The notes beneath the pieces were generated by a model. The model was not told where the DNA came from and searched no databases. It saw only the letters and a list, made by a program, of their open reading frames with translations. Positions 26,429 to 37,266 of a stretch of DNA of 64,000 bases are shown piece after piece. Every line of letters starts with the position of its first letter. Position 1 is the first letter of the stretch. Source of the stretch: an uncultured Parvularculaceae bacterium (GTDB taxonomy: Bacteria; Pseudomonadota; Alphaproteobacteria; Caulobacterales; Parvularculaceae); contig CALLPQ010000030.1 in NCBI GenBank assembly GCA_938015425.1, forward strand, positions 2,649 to 66,648. Reading direction: 5' to 3'. A program made the translations under genes and the position numbers.

Positions 26429-27622
26429 ATGCTCTCTCAAAAAATTATCAATACGGTTAAAGCCACCATTCCTGCCTTGGTTGAAAATGGTGAGGAATTA
26501 ACGAAGCATTTTTATGCCCGTATGTTTGAACATAACCCTGAAGTGGCACCTTTTTTTAATCCTGCTAATCAAACAAGTGGGCGGCAACAAAAAGCCTTGG
26601 CCGGCGCGATTGTGGCTTATGCGCAAAATATTGATAATCTTGAAGTCCTTGGGTCTGCGGTTGAATTGATTGCTAATAAACATGCTTCTTTGATGGTTAA
26701 ACCAGAACATTATCCTGTGGTTGGAAAAAACTTGATTGCTTCTATAGAAAGTGTTTTGGGCGACGCAGCGACGCCCGAGGTGTTAACATCGTGGGGCGCT
26801 GCTTACGAAATGTTGGCCAATATATTAAGCAATCGCGAAGCAGAATTATATGCTGCCAACGATGAAAAAATAGGGGGATGGAACGGATTTAGAAATTTTC
26901 GAATTGATAAAAAAGTGGTTGAAAGCGCGATTATAACATCATTTTATCTGGTTCCAGTCGATGGCAAACCGCTACCTGATTATGTGCCGGGTCAATATAT
27001 TACGGTGCGTGTACCAATGAAAAATGGCCTTACCACTATGAGAAATTATAGTCTTTCGGACCGGCCAAGTGGAGAGGGTTTTCGCATTAGTGTGAAACGA
27101 GAAGTAGGACAGCCAGATGGTTTGGTTTCAACATATCTTCACACGGTCATGAATGCGGGGGACACGATAGAGGTTGGACCCCCATGCGGCGAATTTGTTC
27201 TAGGCAATGATGATAATGAGCGCCCTTTAATTTTCTTAGCTGGGGGCATTGGCATCACCCCGCTTTATAGCATGCTTGCCCAAGCTATTGCCCGTAACCC
27301 CAAGCGCGAAATTGTTTTTGTTCATGCCTGCCTGGATGAAACGGTGCAAGCTTTTAAGGATAATCTTGATCAACTGGCAAATTTATCTCCCGCATTAAAT
27401 CTCCACTATCGTTATGTGTCCCCGAAAACGCCCGATAGCATTGGTGAGCGCGCGAGCATTGGTGTTATTGATGAGGCACTGCTGGATGATCTTATTGAAA
27501 CCCGTGATGGTGATTATTTTATCTGTGGCCCGCAAGGATTTATGGCGGCAATGGGTGATGTGTTAAAATCATGGAATATTGCCGATGCGCATATCCATAC
27601 TGAGAGTTTTGGCCCTCAATAG
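26429..27622 (+). CDS. hmp: Flavohaemoglobin (NO dioxygenase)
   Basis: Globin N-terminus MLSQKIINTVKATIPALVENG...HFYARMFEHNPEV. FAD motif RNYSLS. NAD motif GGIGITP. AAAGGA SD before the ATG at 26429. Confidence 0.9.
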   Translation: MLSQKIINTVKATIPALVENGEELTKHFYARMFEHNPEVAPFFNPANQTSGRQQKALAGAIVAYAQNIDNLEVLGSAVELIANKHASLMVKPEHYPVVGKNLIASIESVLGDAATPEVLTSWGAAYEMLANILSNREAELYAANDEKIGGWNGFRNFRIDKKVVESAIITSFYLVPVDGKPLPDYVPGQYITVRVPMKNGLTTMRNYSLSDRPSGEGFRISVKREVGQPDGLVSTYLHTVMNAGDTIEVGPPCGEFVLGNDDNERPLIFLAGGIGITPLYSMLAQAIARNPKREIVFVHACLDETVQAFKDNLDQLANLSPALNLHYRYVSPKTPDSIGERASIGVIDEALLDDLIETRDGDYFICGPQGFMAAMGDVLKSWNIADAHIHTESFGPQ

Positions 27623-27678
27623 ATCATTATGATGAGTATGCTTTTTGGGGAAGTGAATTTCTTTGGTTTTGTTTTGTT

Positions 27679-28614
27679 TTAGGACATTTCTAAGACAAGA
27701 TCTTCAAATTTCTTCGTGGCAACATCACGGATTAAGGTTGCAATAGTGCGATAGCTTTGTGCCCGTCCTGCGCTTTTGCGCCAAACCAGACCGACAGTGC
27801 GGGTGATGGTGCGCCCTTTAATGTTGCGGACCACCACTTCACTGCGGGCTGTAATTTCTGATTGTACATACATGGCCGGTAGAAAGGCCGCCCCCATTCC
27901 CATGCCCACCATCTGCCTTAGGGCGTCAAGGCTGGTGCCTTCATAATCTCTCAGTAATCTTGTGCCAAATGTTTCGCATAGGGAACTTATTTGCTCAAAC
28001 AAATAATATTGCGGCCCAAGAGAAAGAATATCGAGCCCTTTTAGATCACTAATATTGATGGTGGGTTTTTTTGCGAGGGGGTGATCACGCGCCAGCGTCA
28101 AAAAAAGCGGTTCACGGAATAGTTTCTCGAAAATATGGTCAGAGCTAGAGGTTGGTAATTGCGATATAATCATATCGTGAACCCCTTGGTTTAGATCATA
28201 TTCCAGATCAAGGGATGCGCTTTCCCGCACATATAAATTAAGGTCTTGGTGCTTGCGGTGAAGAGACGAAACCACATGGGGAAGTAAATAAGGCCCTAAT
28301 GTTGCCGATGTGCCAAGTTTTATCGTGCCAATTAAATTCCCTTTTGAAGAATGCGCTAAATCCAACATTGCTTGTCGTTCGTCAATAATAACGCGGGCAT
28401 GGTGGAGTATCTCGCGCCCAAGGGGTGTCATGGCGACGCCGGACCGCCCGCGTTCAACGATCTTTACCCCCAAAACCTCTTCCAAATTTTGTATCTGCGC
28501 GCTTAAAGCAGGCTGACTGATTTTTACCCGTTCGGCTGCACGTCTGAAATGTTCTGTTTGTTCCACGGCTAATAAACATTCAAGTTGCTTCATGGTGATT
28601 TTATTAATGCTCAT
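27679..28614 (-). CDS. LysR-family regulator, OxyR-like but lacking the Cys199 equivalent
   Basis: HTH HFRRAAERVKISQPALSAQI. GPYLLPH is identical to E. coli OxyR as I recall it. The region aligned to GHCLRDQAMGFC reads PQYYLFEQISSLC. Confidence 0.75.
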   Translation of the reverse strand: MSINKITMKQLECLLAVEQTEHFRRAAERVKISQPALSAQIQNLEEVLGVKIVERGRSGVAMTPLGREILHHARVIIDERQAMLDLAHSSKGNLIGTIKLGTSATLGPYLLPHVVSSLHRKHQDLNLYVRESASLDLEYDLNQGVHDMIISQLPTSSSDHIFEKLFREPLFLTLARDHPLAKKPTINISDLKGLDILSLGPQYYLFEQISSLCETFGTRLLRDYEGTSLDALRQMVGMGMGAAFLPAMYVQSEITARSEVVVRNIKGRTITRTVGLVWRKSAGRAQSYRTIATLIRDVATKKFEDLVLEMS

Positions 28615-28824
28615 TAAAGCTCCTTGAAAAATTGATACGTATTTTGATCAGATTTACCGATTAAATAATGGGGTTTCTTATAAAGAACAATAAAGCCTTT
28701 ATGCCCTGCCGCATTTTAATAACTCGGCATATTTAAACCGACAGTTTTTGTTGCATTGCACAATAAACCGTGTATGGGGTGTAGGGTTGTTATCGTGATT
28801 GTTTTATAGTTTTAAGAGAGCTTT

Positions 28825-30468
28825 ATGCCCAAAGCCACATTATCCAGATTTGTTGATCGTATTTCCGTGGCTGAAATGGCCGGCGCCAAATCCCTTGCGG
28901 ATTTTACCCCGAATTTAATAAAAACCGAGGTTCTGGCCGGACTAACGGTTGCGCTGGCTTTGGTACCTGAGGCGGTGGCTTTTGCCTTTGTTGCCGGGGT
29001 TGAGCCTCTTGTTGGTCTTTATGCGGCCTTTTTGGTGGGGCTTGTTACGGCCCTTATTGGTGGTCGTCCGGGGATGATTTCCGGCGCGACGGGGGCGTTA
29101 GCTGTGGTTATGGTGGCTCTGGTCAGTGATCATGGGGTGGAATATCTTTTTGCGACTGTGGTGTTGATGGGGATTTTGCAATTGATTGCGGGGGCGTTTC
29201 GCCTTGGTAAATTTATCCGGCTTGTGCCCCATCCGGTCATGCTGGGGTTTGTAAACGGGTTGGCGATTGTGATTTTTCTGGCCCAGCTTGGCCAATTTCA
29301 AGTGCCCGGTAGTGCAGCCGAGGGGGGCGGCCATGGTCTAGCCTCGGGCGAATGGATGCAGGGGGCGCAATTGATAACTATGTTGGGGCTAACGGCGCTA
29401 ACCATGGCGATCATTTGGGGAATGCCTAAACTGACAAAAGCCATACCCGCACCCCTTGCCGGTATTGCCATTGTCGCGGCTATCGTTATTGCTTTTAAGC
29501 TTGATGTGCCGCGGGTGGGCGATCTGGCCAATATTGAAGGCGGATTACCGGTGTTTCATATCCCGTCTATTCCTTTAAATCTGGAAACCCTTAAAATTAT
29601 TTTTCCGTATGCGTTTATTCTGGCGGCGATTGGTTTAATCGAGAGCTTGCTGACGTTAAATCTTGTGGGCGAGATTACGGGTAATCGCGCGGGGGCGTCA
29701 CAAGAATGTGTGGCCCAAGGGACCGCTAATGTCATAACCGGATTTTTCGGCGGTATGGGCGGTTGCGCGATGATTGGCCAATCCATGATTAATGTAAAAT
29801 CTGGTGGGCGCACGCGCTTATCCGCGCTGATGGCGGCTTTGTTCTTATTGCTGTTTATCCTTGTGGCGTCGGGCTTGATTGAACAAATTCCTTTGGCGGC
29901 GTTGGTCGGGGTGATGTTTATGGTGGTTATCGGCACCTTCGCATGGCGCAGTTTGATGATTATGCGTAAAATTCCTTTAACCGATGCCTTTGTGATTATT
30001 TTGGTCACCAGTGTTACGGTTAAATATGATCTTGCTACGGCGGTTATTGTGGGGGTTGTGGTTTCGGCTTTGGCCTACGCTTGGAATAATGCCAGCCGTT
30101 TGCATATCCATTCCCGCGATAGTGTGAGCGTACCCGGGGCAAAAACCTATGTTTTAGACGGGCCATTATTCTTTGGGTCAACTGATGGATTTGCGCAATT
30201 ATTTGATATGGAATCAGACCCCGAGATTGTCATTATTGACTTTATGCGCTCTCGGGTTGTCGACCAATCCGCATTGCAAGCGATCGAAGATTTAGCTAGT
30301 AAATATAAAGCGCAGGGTAAAGAGTTACGCCTACGTCATCTCTCACGCGATTGTCATTCCCTCTTGACGAAGGCAGGCCAATTAATGGTCGATAGTGATG
30401 ATGATCCTGATTATCAGCTTGCGGTTGATTATTCTATTCGTACAGGGATTTTTGATAATGGCCATTAG
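28825..30468 (+). CDS. SulP-family anion permease with C-terminal STAS domain
   Basis: Polytopic membrane protein. GGRPGMISGATGA and IGLIESLLT motifs. STAS-like tail PLFFGSTDGF...IIDF...VDQSALQAIEDL. Confidence 0.85.
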   Translation: MPKATLSRFVDRISVAEMAGAKSLADFTPNLIKTEVLAGLTVALALVPEAVAFAFVAGVEPLVGLYAAFLVGLVTALIGGRPGMISGATGALAVVMVALVSDHGVEYLFATVVLMGILQLIAGAFRLGKFIRLVPHPVMLGFVNGLAIVIFLAQLGQFQVPGSAAEGGGHGLASGEWMQGAQLITMLGLTALTMAIIWGMPKLTKAIPAPLAGIAIVAAIVIAFKLDVPRVGDLANIEGGLPVFHIPSIPLNLETLKIIFPYAFILAAIGLIESLLTLNLVGEITGNRAGASQECVAQGTANVITGFFGGMGGCAMIGQSMINVKSGGRTRLSALMAALFLLLFILVASGLIEQIPLAALVGVMFMVVIGTFAWRSLMIMRKIPLTDAFVIILVTSVTVKYDLATAVIVGVVVSALAYAWNNASRLHIHSRDSVSVPGAKTYVLDGPLFFGSTDGFAQLFDMESDPEIVIIDFMRSRVVDQSALQAIEDLASKYKAQGKELRLRHLSRDCHSLLTKAGQLMVDSDDDPDYQLAVDYSIRTGIFDNGH

Positions 30469-30688
30469 GCGAGATTGTTTAATCTCCCTATAGATGTATC
30501 AAAATGACAATCTGGTAAAATTGGCCTTTATATCGCAACAGTTAAAAAGCTGTGTGTGATTTAGGTGACGTTTAATGCTGTGGGTATGGGAATTTGGGCC
30601 AATTATGAGGGAATGGTCAATAATATCTTGAATTAGGCTGGGTTTCCCCCATATTATTGTCATGAAAAATGATAAAGAGGGATTGGCT

Positions 30689-31750
30689 ATGAAGACGTTT
30701 TCTAAAAAATTGAAATGCAGCGCTGCTTTGGCGGCCCTATTTGTTGGCCTTGGTGCTTGCGCAAATGATGGACAAACCGATGCGGCGGCTGTTCAAAGTG
30801 AAGTGACCAGAACTGAAACAGCGGCAGTGCAATCCGCTCCAACGCAAACCGCTTCACCACAAGCGACTTCAAGCCAGACTGGTTCAAGCGAGGCAGGTTC
30901 AAGTCAGACAGGTTCAAATCAGGCAACCATTAACGGTGATCGTCCGGCCATGTGGCGTTTAGCCGATAGTGATAGTGAAATATTCTTATTCGGTACGTTT
31001 CATTTATTACCCCCCGGAACACAATGGGCATCTGCGGTTATGGATGACGCGATGGTGGAAACCGAAACAACCTTTTTTGAGGCCGATACAACCAGCCAAC
31101 AGGCCCAGCAAGCGCTTCAACAAGCCGTGCAACAATATGGGGTCAATAAGCCGGGTGTTACTCTCTCCTCAACCCTTGGGGCTGAGCGGGCAGCAAAGTT
31201 TGGTGCCGTTGCGGAAAAATACGGTGTTCCATTAGCGAACTTAGAACCGTTTCGCCCTTGGCTTGCCTCTTTGACGGTCACCATTGTGGCCTATCAACGG
31301 GCCGGATTTGACCCGAACTCGGGGGCGGAGACCATCATCACAGCAAAAGCAACTGAGCAAGGTGATGAAATCCGCTATCTTGAAACGGCTGTTGATCAGA
31401 TCAAGGCATTGGCGTCTTTAGAAGATACAAATGATTTCACCTCATTTGATGATGGTTTGAAACAGTTGGAAGATGTTGATACCGAGATCAAAAACCTTTT
31501 GACCTCATGGCGAACGGGCGATGTCAAAGCGATGGAAGAGCAATTGGTTGATTCAATTAAATCTGCCTCTCCCGCTGCTTTTGATGTTTTACTGAAAAAC
31601 CGTAATGCGAACTGGGTTGAGCAGATTAACACCTTGATGGCAGGAGAGGGCGACCATTTTATCGCTGTTGGTGCCGGTCATTTGGTGGGTGAAGACAGCG
31701 TTGTGGATATGTTGCGTGACCGCGGCTATACGGTGACGCGCGTCCAATAA
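30689..31750 (+). CDS. TraB/GumN-family lipoprotein
   Basis: Lipobox FVGLGAC. S/T/Q-rich linker with 15-bp DNA repeats. LWRLADSDSEIFLFGTFHLLP and GAGHLVGEDSVVDML motifs. Confidence 0.8.
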   Translation: MKTFSKKLKCSAALAALFVGLGACANDGQTDAAAVQSEVTRTETAAVQSAPTQTASPQATSSQTGSSEAGSSQTGSNQATINGDRPAMWRLADSDSEIFLFGTFHLLPPGTQWASAVMDDAMVETETTFFEADTTSQQAQQALQQAVQQYGVNKPGVTLSSTLGAERAAKFGAVAEKYGVPLANLEPFRPWLASLTVTIVAYQRAGFDPNSGAETIITAKATEQGDEIRYLETAVDQIKALASLEDTNDFTSFDDGLKQLEDVDTEIKNLLTSWRTGDVKAMEEQLVDSIKSASPAAFDVLLKNRNANWVEQINTLMAGEGDHFIAVGAGHLVGEDSVVDMLRDRGYTVTRVQ

Positions 31751-32857
<1,107 letters not shown>

Positions 32858-32895
32858 AACTGTTTTAAAGTAGCATTGCTGACCAATAACAAAAG

Positions 32896-32938
32896 AAAAG
32901 GCGAGCCTGTATCTTACGGGCTTGCCTTTTCTTTTTCG
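32896..32938. terminator. Bidirectional intrinsic terminator
   Basis: AAAGGCGAGCC-loop-GGGCTTGCCTTT with an A-run upstream and TTTTCTTTTT downstream. Lies between convergent genes. Confidence 0.8.
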
Positions 32939-32980
32939 TTTAATTTGCTGTGACCGCTAAAAGGTCACAAACCAAAAAAT

Positions 32981-33433
32981 TTAATAGAAACGTCTTGTAA
33001 CGCGGCGTCGGCCATCTGGCCGTTGTTGGGGAAAGCGGCGTTTTGCATTGTTCTTATAGCCGGAATAAAACCCTTGAATGACTTGTGCCCGTTCGCCAAA
33101 ACCAGAGAAATGACCAATCACCCTGATGCGGGAACGCGTTGAGGGGCGGCGGCGGATATCGCTCCGCTTAAAACGTATCTTTGTGCCGGGTTTAATGGTT
33201 GTTGCGGGTGCTGCTTTTTGAGTGGTCGATGGTGCTTTAACAATGGGGGCTGGCGCGCGCATATTGGCCCGCCACACGGTCACACCGTTTTCCCGTTTTT
33301 TGTCAAAAGCATTCAAAGTGGGATTTTTACCCTTCTCGGCGGCGTGGGCCTTGGGGTTGGGAAGGGGAGAAAGCACCATAAAGGTGGTGACGAAAGCGGT
33401 AATTGAGGTTAGGTAGATAGCGCGAACAAACAT
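32981..33433 (-). CDS. Hypothetical secreted, very basic protein (150 aa)
   Basis: Signal-like MFVRAIYLTSITAFVTTFMVLSPLPNPKAHA. Arg-rich C-terminal half. GGAG SD before the ATG at 33433. No recognisable family. Confidence 0.5.
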   Translation of the reverse strand: MFVRAIYLTSITAFVTTFMVLSPLPNPKAHAAEKGKNPTLNAFDKKRENGVTVWRANMRAPAPIVKAPSTTQKAAPATTIKPGTKIRFKRSDIRRRPSTRSRIRVIGHFSGFGERAQVIQGFYSGYKNNAKRRFPQQRPDGRRRVTRRFY

Positions 33434-33736
33434 AGAGTACTCCACAAAATAATATTGTGTCATTTTGGCGGAGAAGGCATAAGAAGCGCAAGGAGAAAGT
33501 ACCATATTGGCACACGTCACAGGCGAATATGCAGTAAAAATTATAAATAATTTATCACTCGTCCCTATTAAGCGAATGGGTTTTTGTGGATACAGCTTAG
33601 GGGTTTGCAAAAGCCTGATGATAGCCTGAAGAGATCAGGCGACTTGTGAAAGGGATTTTATGATGGAATTTAATCGACGCCGCTGGTTGAGTTTAACCCA
33701 TATAAAGCCATCTCTTTATTAGTGGCCTTGTTAAAT

Positions 33737-33778
33737 TGAAGTCTGGTAATTGAAGCTTGTTAACTGAAGTCAGTAATT
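33737..33778 (+). repeat. 14-bp degenerate tandem repeat x3 (TGAAGTCTGGTAAT / TGAAGCTTGTTAAC / TGAAGTCAGTAATT)
   Basis: Read directly from the sequence. Ends 12 nt before the ATG at 33791. Confidence 0.75.
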
Positions 33779-33790
33779 TTAAAGATCATC

Positions 33791-34978
33791 ATGAAAATTC
33801 TTTACTCCCATAGAACAAAATCAGCAGACGGACAATATGTTCACATCCGCGCCCTCACCGATGCGTTGCGCGAGCAAGGGGATGATTTGTCGATTGTCGG
33901 GCCAGAGGGGGTGAGCAAGGTCGCAACAAGATCGTTGGATGCCGGGAGTGGCACATCTGAAAAAGGGGTAAAAAAATGGTCTATTCCCAAACCTGTTTAT
34001 GAAACGGCAGAAATGGGATATTCTCTCCCCGCCTATCAAAAACTCTATAAAGCTTATAAAGATTTTTCCCCTGATATTTTATATGAGCGATATAATTTAT
34101 ATTATCATGCGGGCCATTGGTTAAAGAAGAAAACCAATATACCGTATATATTGGAAGTGAATGCGCCGTTGCGTGAAGAGCGAAGCAAGCATGGCGGATT
34201 ATCCTTAAATAAAATGGCACAGCGTAGCGAGCAAAGCCTATGGCGCGCCGCTGATATCGTTTTGCCGGTGACGGGAGTCTTGGCCGAAAAAGTGGCCGCT
34301 GCCGGTGTTGATGAAAAGAAAATTCACGTCATTCAAAATGGTGTTGATACGGACTTTCTGGAAGAACATGACCCCTTGGAAATGCGGGCACGTTTAAAGC
34401 TGGCTCAACGCCTTGAAGGACAGTTGGTTTTAGGGTTTACAGGGTTTGTACGTGATTGGCATGGGGTTGACCGCGTTTTAAATTATATGGCGAAAAACCG
34501 CGCGGAAAAATTGCATTTATTATTGGTGGGGGATGGCCCCGCCCGCGCGGAACTGGAGGCCCAAGCACGCTTTTTGGAATTGGAAGACCATTTTACGGTC
34601 ACGGGTATTGTGCAACGCGATCAAGTGAGTGCTTATGTCAGCCTGTTTGATATTGCCTTGCAGCCTGCGGTGGTGGATTACGCCTCGCCTCTGAAATTAT
34701 TTGAATATATGGCAATGGGTAGAGCGATAATTGCGCCCGATGCACCCAATATTAAAGAGGTTCTTGATAACGGAACGAATGCATCCTTGTTTGATAATGG
34801 TGACGAAACCGCTTTGCACCAAGGGTTAAAGCGTCTTGTTCAAGACAAAAATCTGCGGGACCGGTTAGGCCGGGAAGCCCGGCAGACTTTAGAGCGGGAC
34901 AATTATACATGGTCGGGTAACGCCAAGCGGGTGCATGAACTTGCACTTTCTCTTATTAATCAGGCTACCTCTCATTAA
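33791..34978 (+). CDS. GT4-family (GT-B fold) glycosyltransferase
   Basis: C-terminal GT1/GT4 signature ...FDIALQP...SPLKLFEYMAMGRAIIAPD... Confidence 0.8.
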   Translation: MKILYSHRTKSADGQYVHIRALTDALREQGDDLSIVGPEGVSKVATRSLDAGSGTSEKGVKKWSIPKPVYETAEMGYSLPAYQKLYKAYKDFSPDILYERYNLYYHAGHWLKKKTNIPYILEVNAPLREERSKHGGLSLNKMAQRSEQSLWRAADIVLPVTGVLAEKVAAAGVDEKKIHVIQNGVDTDFLEEHDPLEMRARLKLAQRLEGQLVLGFTGFVRDWHGVDRVLNYMAKNRAEKLHLLLVGDGPARAELEAQARFLELEDHFTVTGIVQRDQVSAYVSLFDIALQPAVVDYASPLKLFEYMAMGRAIIAPDAPNIKEVLDNGTNASLFDNGDETALHQGLKRLVQDKNLRDRLGREARQTLERDNYTWSGNAKRVHELALSLINQATSH

Positions 34979-35030
34979 AAAGGCTATGTCTTAAACAACT
35001 GGATTAAATTTTGGAAATAGAGAAGCAATA

Positions 35031-35573
35031 ATGATTGAGATAGAAACGAAAAGATTGTTATTAAGACCTATGGTGCCTGCTGATGTAGAACCCCATATCC
35101 AGATGATGCAAAATGAAGAGGTGGCCGCAAACCTGACCGATACGGGTAAGGTGCGTGATCGGGGGACGGAATGGCGTGCGGCGGCCAGTATGTTGGGCCA
35201 TTGGCAAATTCGAGAGTTCGGTTTTTTTTCGGTGTTTGAAAAACAAAGCGGCGCGTGGGTTGGGCGGGTTGGCCCTTGGCAACCTGAAGGTTGGCCAGCT
35301 TTAGAAGTGGGTTGGGGGATTAGCCATGACCATTGGGGCAAAGGCTATGCCCCCGAAGCGGCCCTTGCCTCCATACATTGGGTTTTCCAAGAATTCCCCA
35401 AGCTTGATAAAGTTATCAGCGTTATTGAACCCAACAACCATAACAGTCAGGCCGTGGCAAAAAAAGTCGGTGAGCATAAGAGCACAGAAAAATTTAGTCT
35501 TTGGCAGTTTAAACTGGATATCTGGAAGGTTGATCGCCAAGACTGGTACGCGAAATTTGGTGCCCAGTTTTAG
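35031..35573 (+). CDS. GNAT N-acetyltransferase (RimJ/RimL-like)
   Basis: IETKRLLLRP opening. WGKGYAPEAALA acetyl-CoA-binding region. Confidence 0.8.
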   Translation: MIEIETKRLLLRPMVPADVEPHIQMMQNEEVAANLTDTGKVRDRGTEWRAAASMLGHWQIREFGFFSVFEKQSGAWVGRVGPWQPEGWPALEVGWGISHDHWGKGYAPEAALASIHWVFQEFPKLDKVISVIEPNNHNSQAVAKKVGEHKSTEKFSLWQFKLDIWKVDRQDWYAKFGAQF

Positions 35574-35671
35574 ATATTCTATTTATGGGATAGCTATGGG
35601 GGTAATCATAATCCGGCGCTTAAATTGTTTAGTGCTTAAATCATCAGCGCTTTGCTTATTCAGCACTTTAT

Positions 35672-36256
35672 TTATTCAGCACGTAATTTTTGAATTAATG
35701 GTTGAAAAACGGTTTGCCAGTCTTTTTGCGAGATAGGCCCTGCGTGTTTATACCGTACACGACCTTTTTTATCGATGACAAAAGTTTCTGGCGCGCCAGT
35801 AACGCCGAAATCAATGGCTGTTTTTCCCTTATCATCATCGCCAATACGGTTATAGGGGCTGCCATTGCGTGACAGCCACGCGGCACCATCACCCGGCTTG
35901 TCTTTCCAGTTTATGCCCATAATGGGTATGACTTTTTGATCGGCCAGTGACATCAATAAAGGATGCTCATACCGGCAGGAAACACACCAGGACGCAAAAA
36001 AATTGACAAGATTAACATCACCGACCAGATCAGTACTGGCAAACCCTTCAGGGGGGGTGAAGTTGTTTTTGCTATTGGAAGGGATGTTATTGGTGTCTGC
36101 GGATAATGGCGGAATAGCCGGTAGATTGAATGTAGGAACCTCTTTATCGATGAGAACGGACGCAAACGGATCGGACGGTGCATGTAGTGAACGGAAAAAC
36201 ACGCCGCCCAATAAGGCTAAGATAATGATGGGGATTGCTACAAAAAATTTACGCAT
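35672..36256 (-). CDS. ccmG: Periplasmic thiol:disulfide oxidoreductase CcmG/DsbE
   Basis: N-terminal anchor MRKFFVAIPIIILALLGGVFF. NFFASWCVSCRYEHP (CxxC). GVTGAPETFVIDKKG. Confidence 0.8.
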   Translation of the reverse strand: MRKFFVAIPIIILALLGGVFFRSLHAPSDPFASVLIDKEVPTFNLPAIPPLSADTNNIPSNSKNNFTPPEGFASTDLVGDVNLVNFFASWCVSCRYEHPLLMSLADQKVIPIMGINWKDKPGDGAAWLSRNGSPYNRIGDDDKGKTAIDFGVTGAPETFVIDKKGRVRYKHAGPISQKDWQTVFQPLIQKLRAE

Positions 36257-36293
36257 AGTTGATCTTGTTTCCTTAGGTAGACAATATTTTATT

Positions 36294-36839
36294 TCAATTG
36301 GTTGTTGCGGCAGAGGCGTTTGAATTAGTTTGGCTTTGACTATCATTATTTTGGCGAAGCGTTGCATTTTCGATTATCGAACGGGCATTGTAAACCTCTT
36401 CACCCTCTGGCTGTTCTCCCATGCCGGTCAGAATTTCAAGAGTGACTTCATAAAAAGCACGGGAGCCGATGGTGCCGAAATCACCGCCAACCCCAACGCC
36501 AACACTTGACCTACGTCCCACACGGCCCGACCCTACGCCGCCGCCAACCGAGACGCCGCCGCGTCGATCACCATCCACCTGTTTTCCAACCACCCGAAAC
36601 CAGTCTTGATCATTTTCTAGCGTTAGTTCCGCTGCGCGGCGCAATGCAAACTGTTCCACCACAAAAGGGGGGACGCCTCCCGATCCTTTGTAGATCACGC
36701 GATAACGCCCTGTTTCAATTTTGGCGTCAGAAAAGCCGAATCTTCCCCCGTTTGCGGCGCTGTAGTCAGCGGGGCCGGCGCTTGCGCAAGCGGTTAGTGT
36801 AAGGAGTATCAAGAGTGATATTGGAACAAATTTAAACAT
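36294..36839 (-). CDS. Glycine-rich lipoprotein, unknown function
   Basis: Lipobox LLTLTAC. GGVSVGGGVGSGRVGRRSSVGVGVGGDFG segment. GGAGAGG SD. Confidence 0.7.
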   Translation of the reverse strand: MFKFVPISLLILLTLTACASAGPADYSAANGGRFGFSDAKIETGRYRVIYKGSGGVPPFVVEQFALRRAAELTLENDQDWFRVVGKQVDGDRRGGVSVGGGVGSGRVGRRSSVGVGVGGDFGTIGSRAFYEVTLEILTGMGEQPEGEEVYNARSIIENATLRQNNDSQSQTNSNASAATTN

Positions 36840-36960
36840 AAAACCTCTCCATATAGGGTTTAAAATGGGCTATAAGATAGATTAAGGCCTCAATGGTCGG
36901 GTGCGAACCCATATAATCACCTTTTTCCTATAGGTTTATACTATCGTTTTGCCCCGGATT

Positions 36961-37090
36961 CTACAAGGTGAGTCCATAAGATGGCTCCACAAGATGGCTC
37001 CATAAGATAGTCCTACAAGCCAGCCTTGAAAGGCAACTCTATAAGGGGCTCAAAAAGGCAAGCAGGCGCACAAGGCCTAGTACAAGATAT
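36961..37090 (+). repeat. 13-bp-period tandem array 1 (about 9-10 decaying units, motif C[CT]A[CT]AAG + 6-7 nt)
   Basis: CTACAAGGTGAGT CCATAAGATGGCT CCACAAGATGGCT CCATAAGATAGTC CTACAAGCCAGCC TTGAAAGGCAACT CTATAAGGGGCTC ... Confidence 0.8.
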
Positions 37091-37120
37091 GGTAATGCCA
37101 AATATATTTGCATCCCTTAA

Positions 37121-37199
37121 CTTCTGACCATTTCTTCTGACCATTTCTTCTGACCATTTCCTCTGGCCAACTCTTCTGGCTTACTGGCCCTTGCCATCT
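37121..37199 (+). repeat. 13-bp-period tandem array 2 (CTTCTGACCATTT x3 perfect, then decaying units); inverted relative to array 1
   Basis: Read directly from the sequence. The reverse complement AAATGGTCAGAAG shares the CA[GCT]AAG + A[TA][GA]G[GC]T layout of array 1 units. Confidence 0.8.
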
Positions 37200-37266
37200 G
37201 ACCCATGTGCGGTATGAATGCATCACTATTCCCACCTTTTATCGGGGCCATAATTAGGAACGAACC

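Noticed and set aside
35326-35736. 136-aa alternate-frame ORF overlapping the GNAT gene and running into the spacer
   Set aside because: It is out of frame with a well-supported GNAT CDS, its sequence is low-complexity and basic, and it has no start context.
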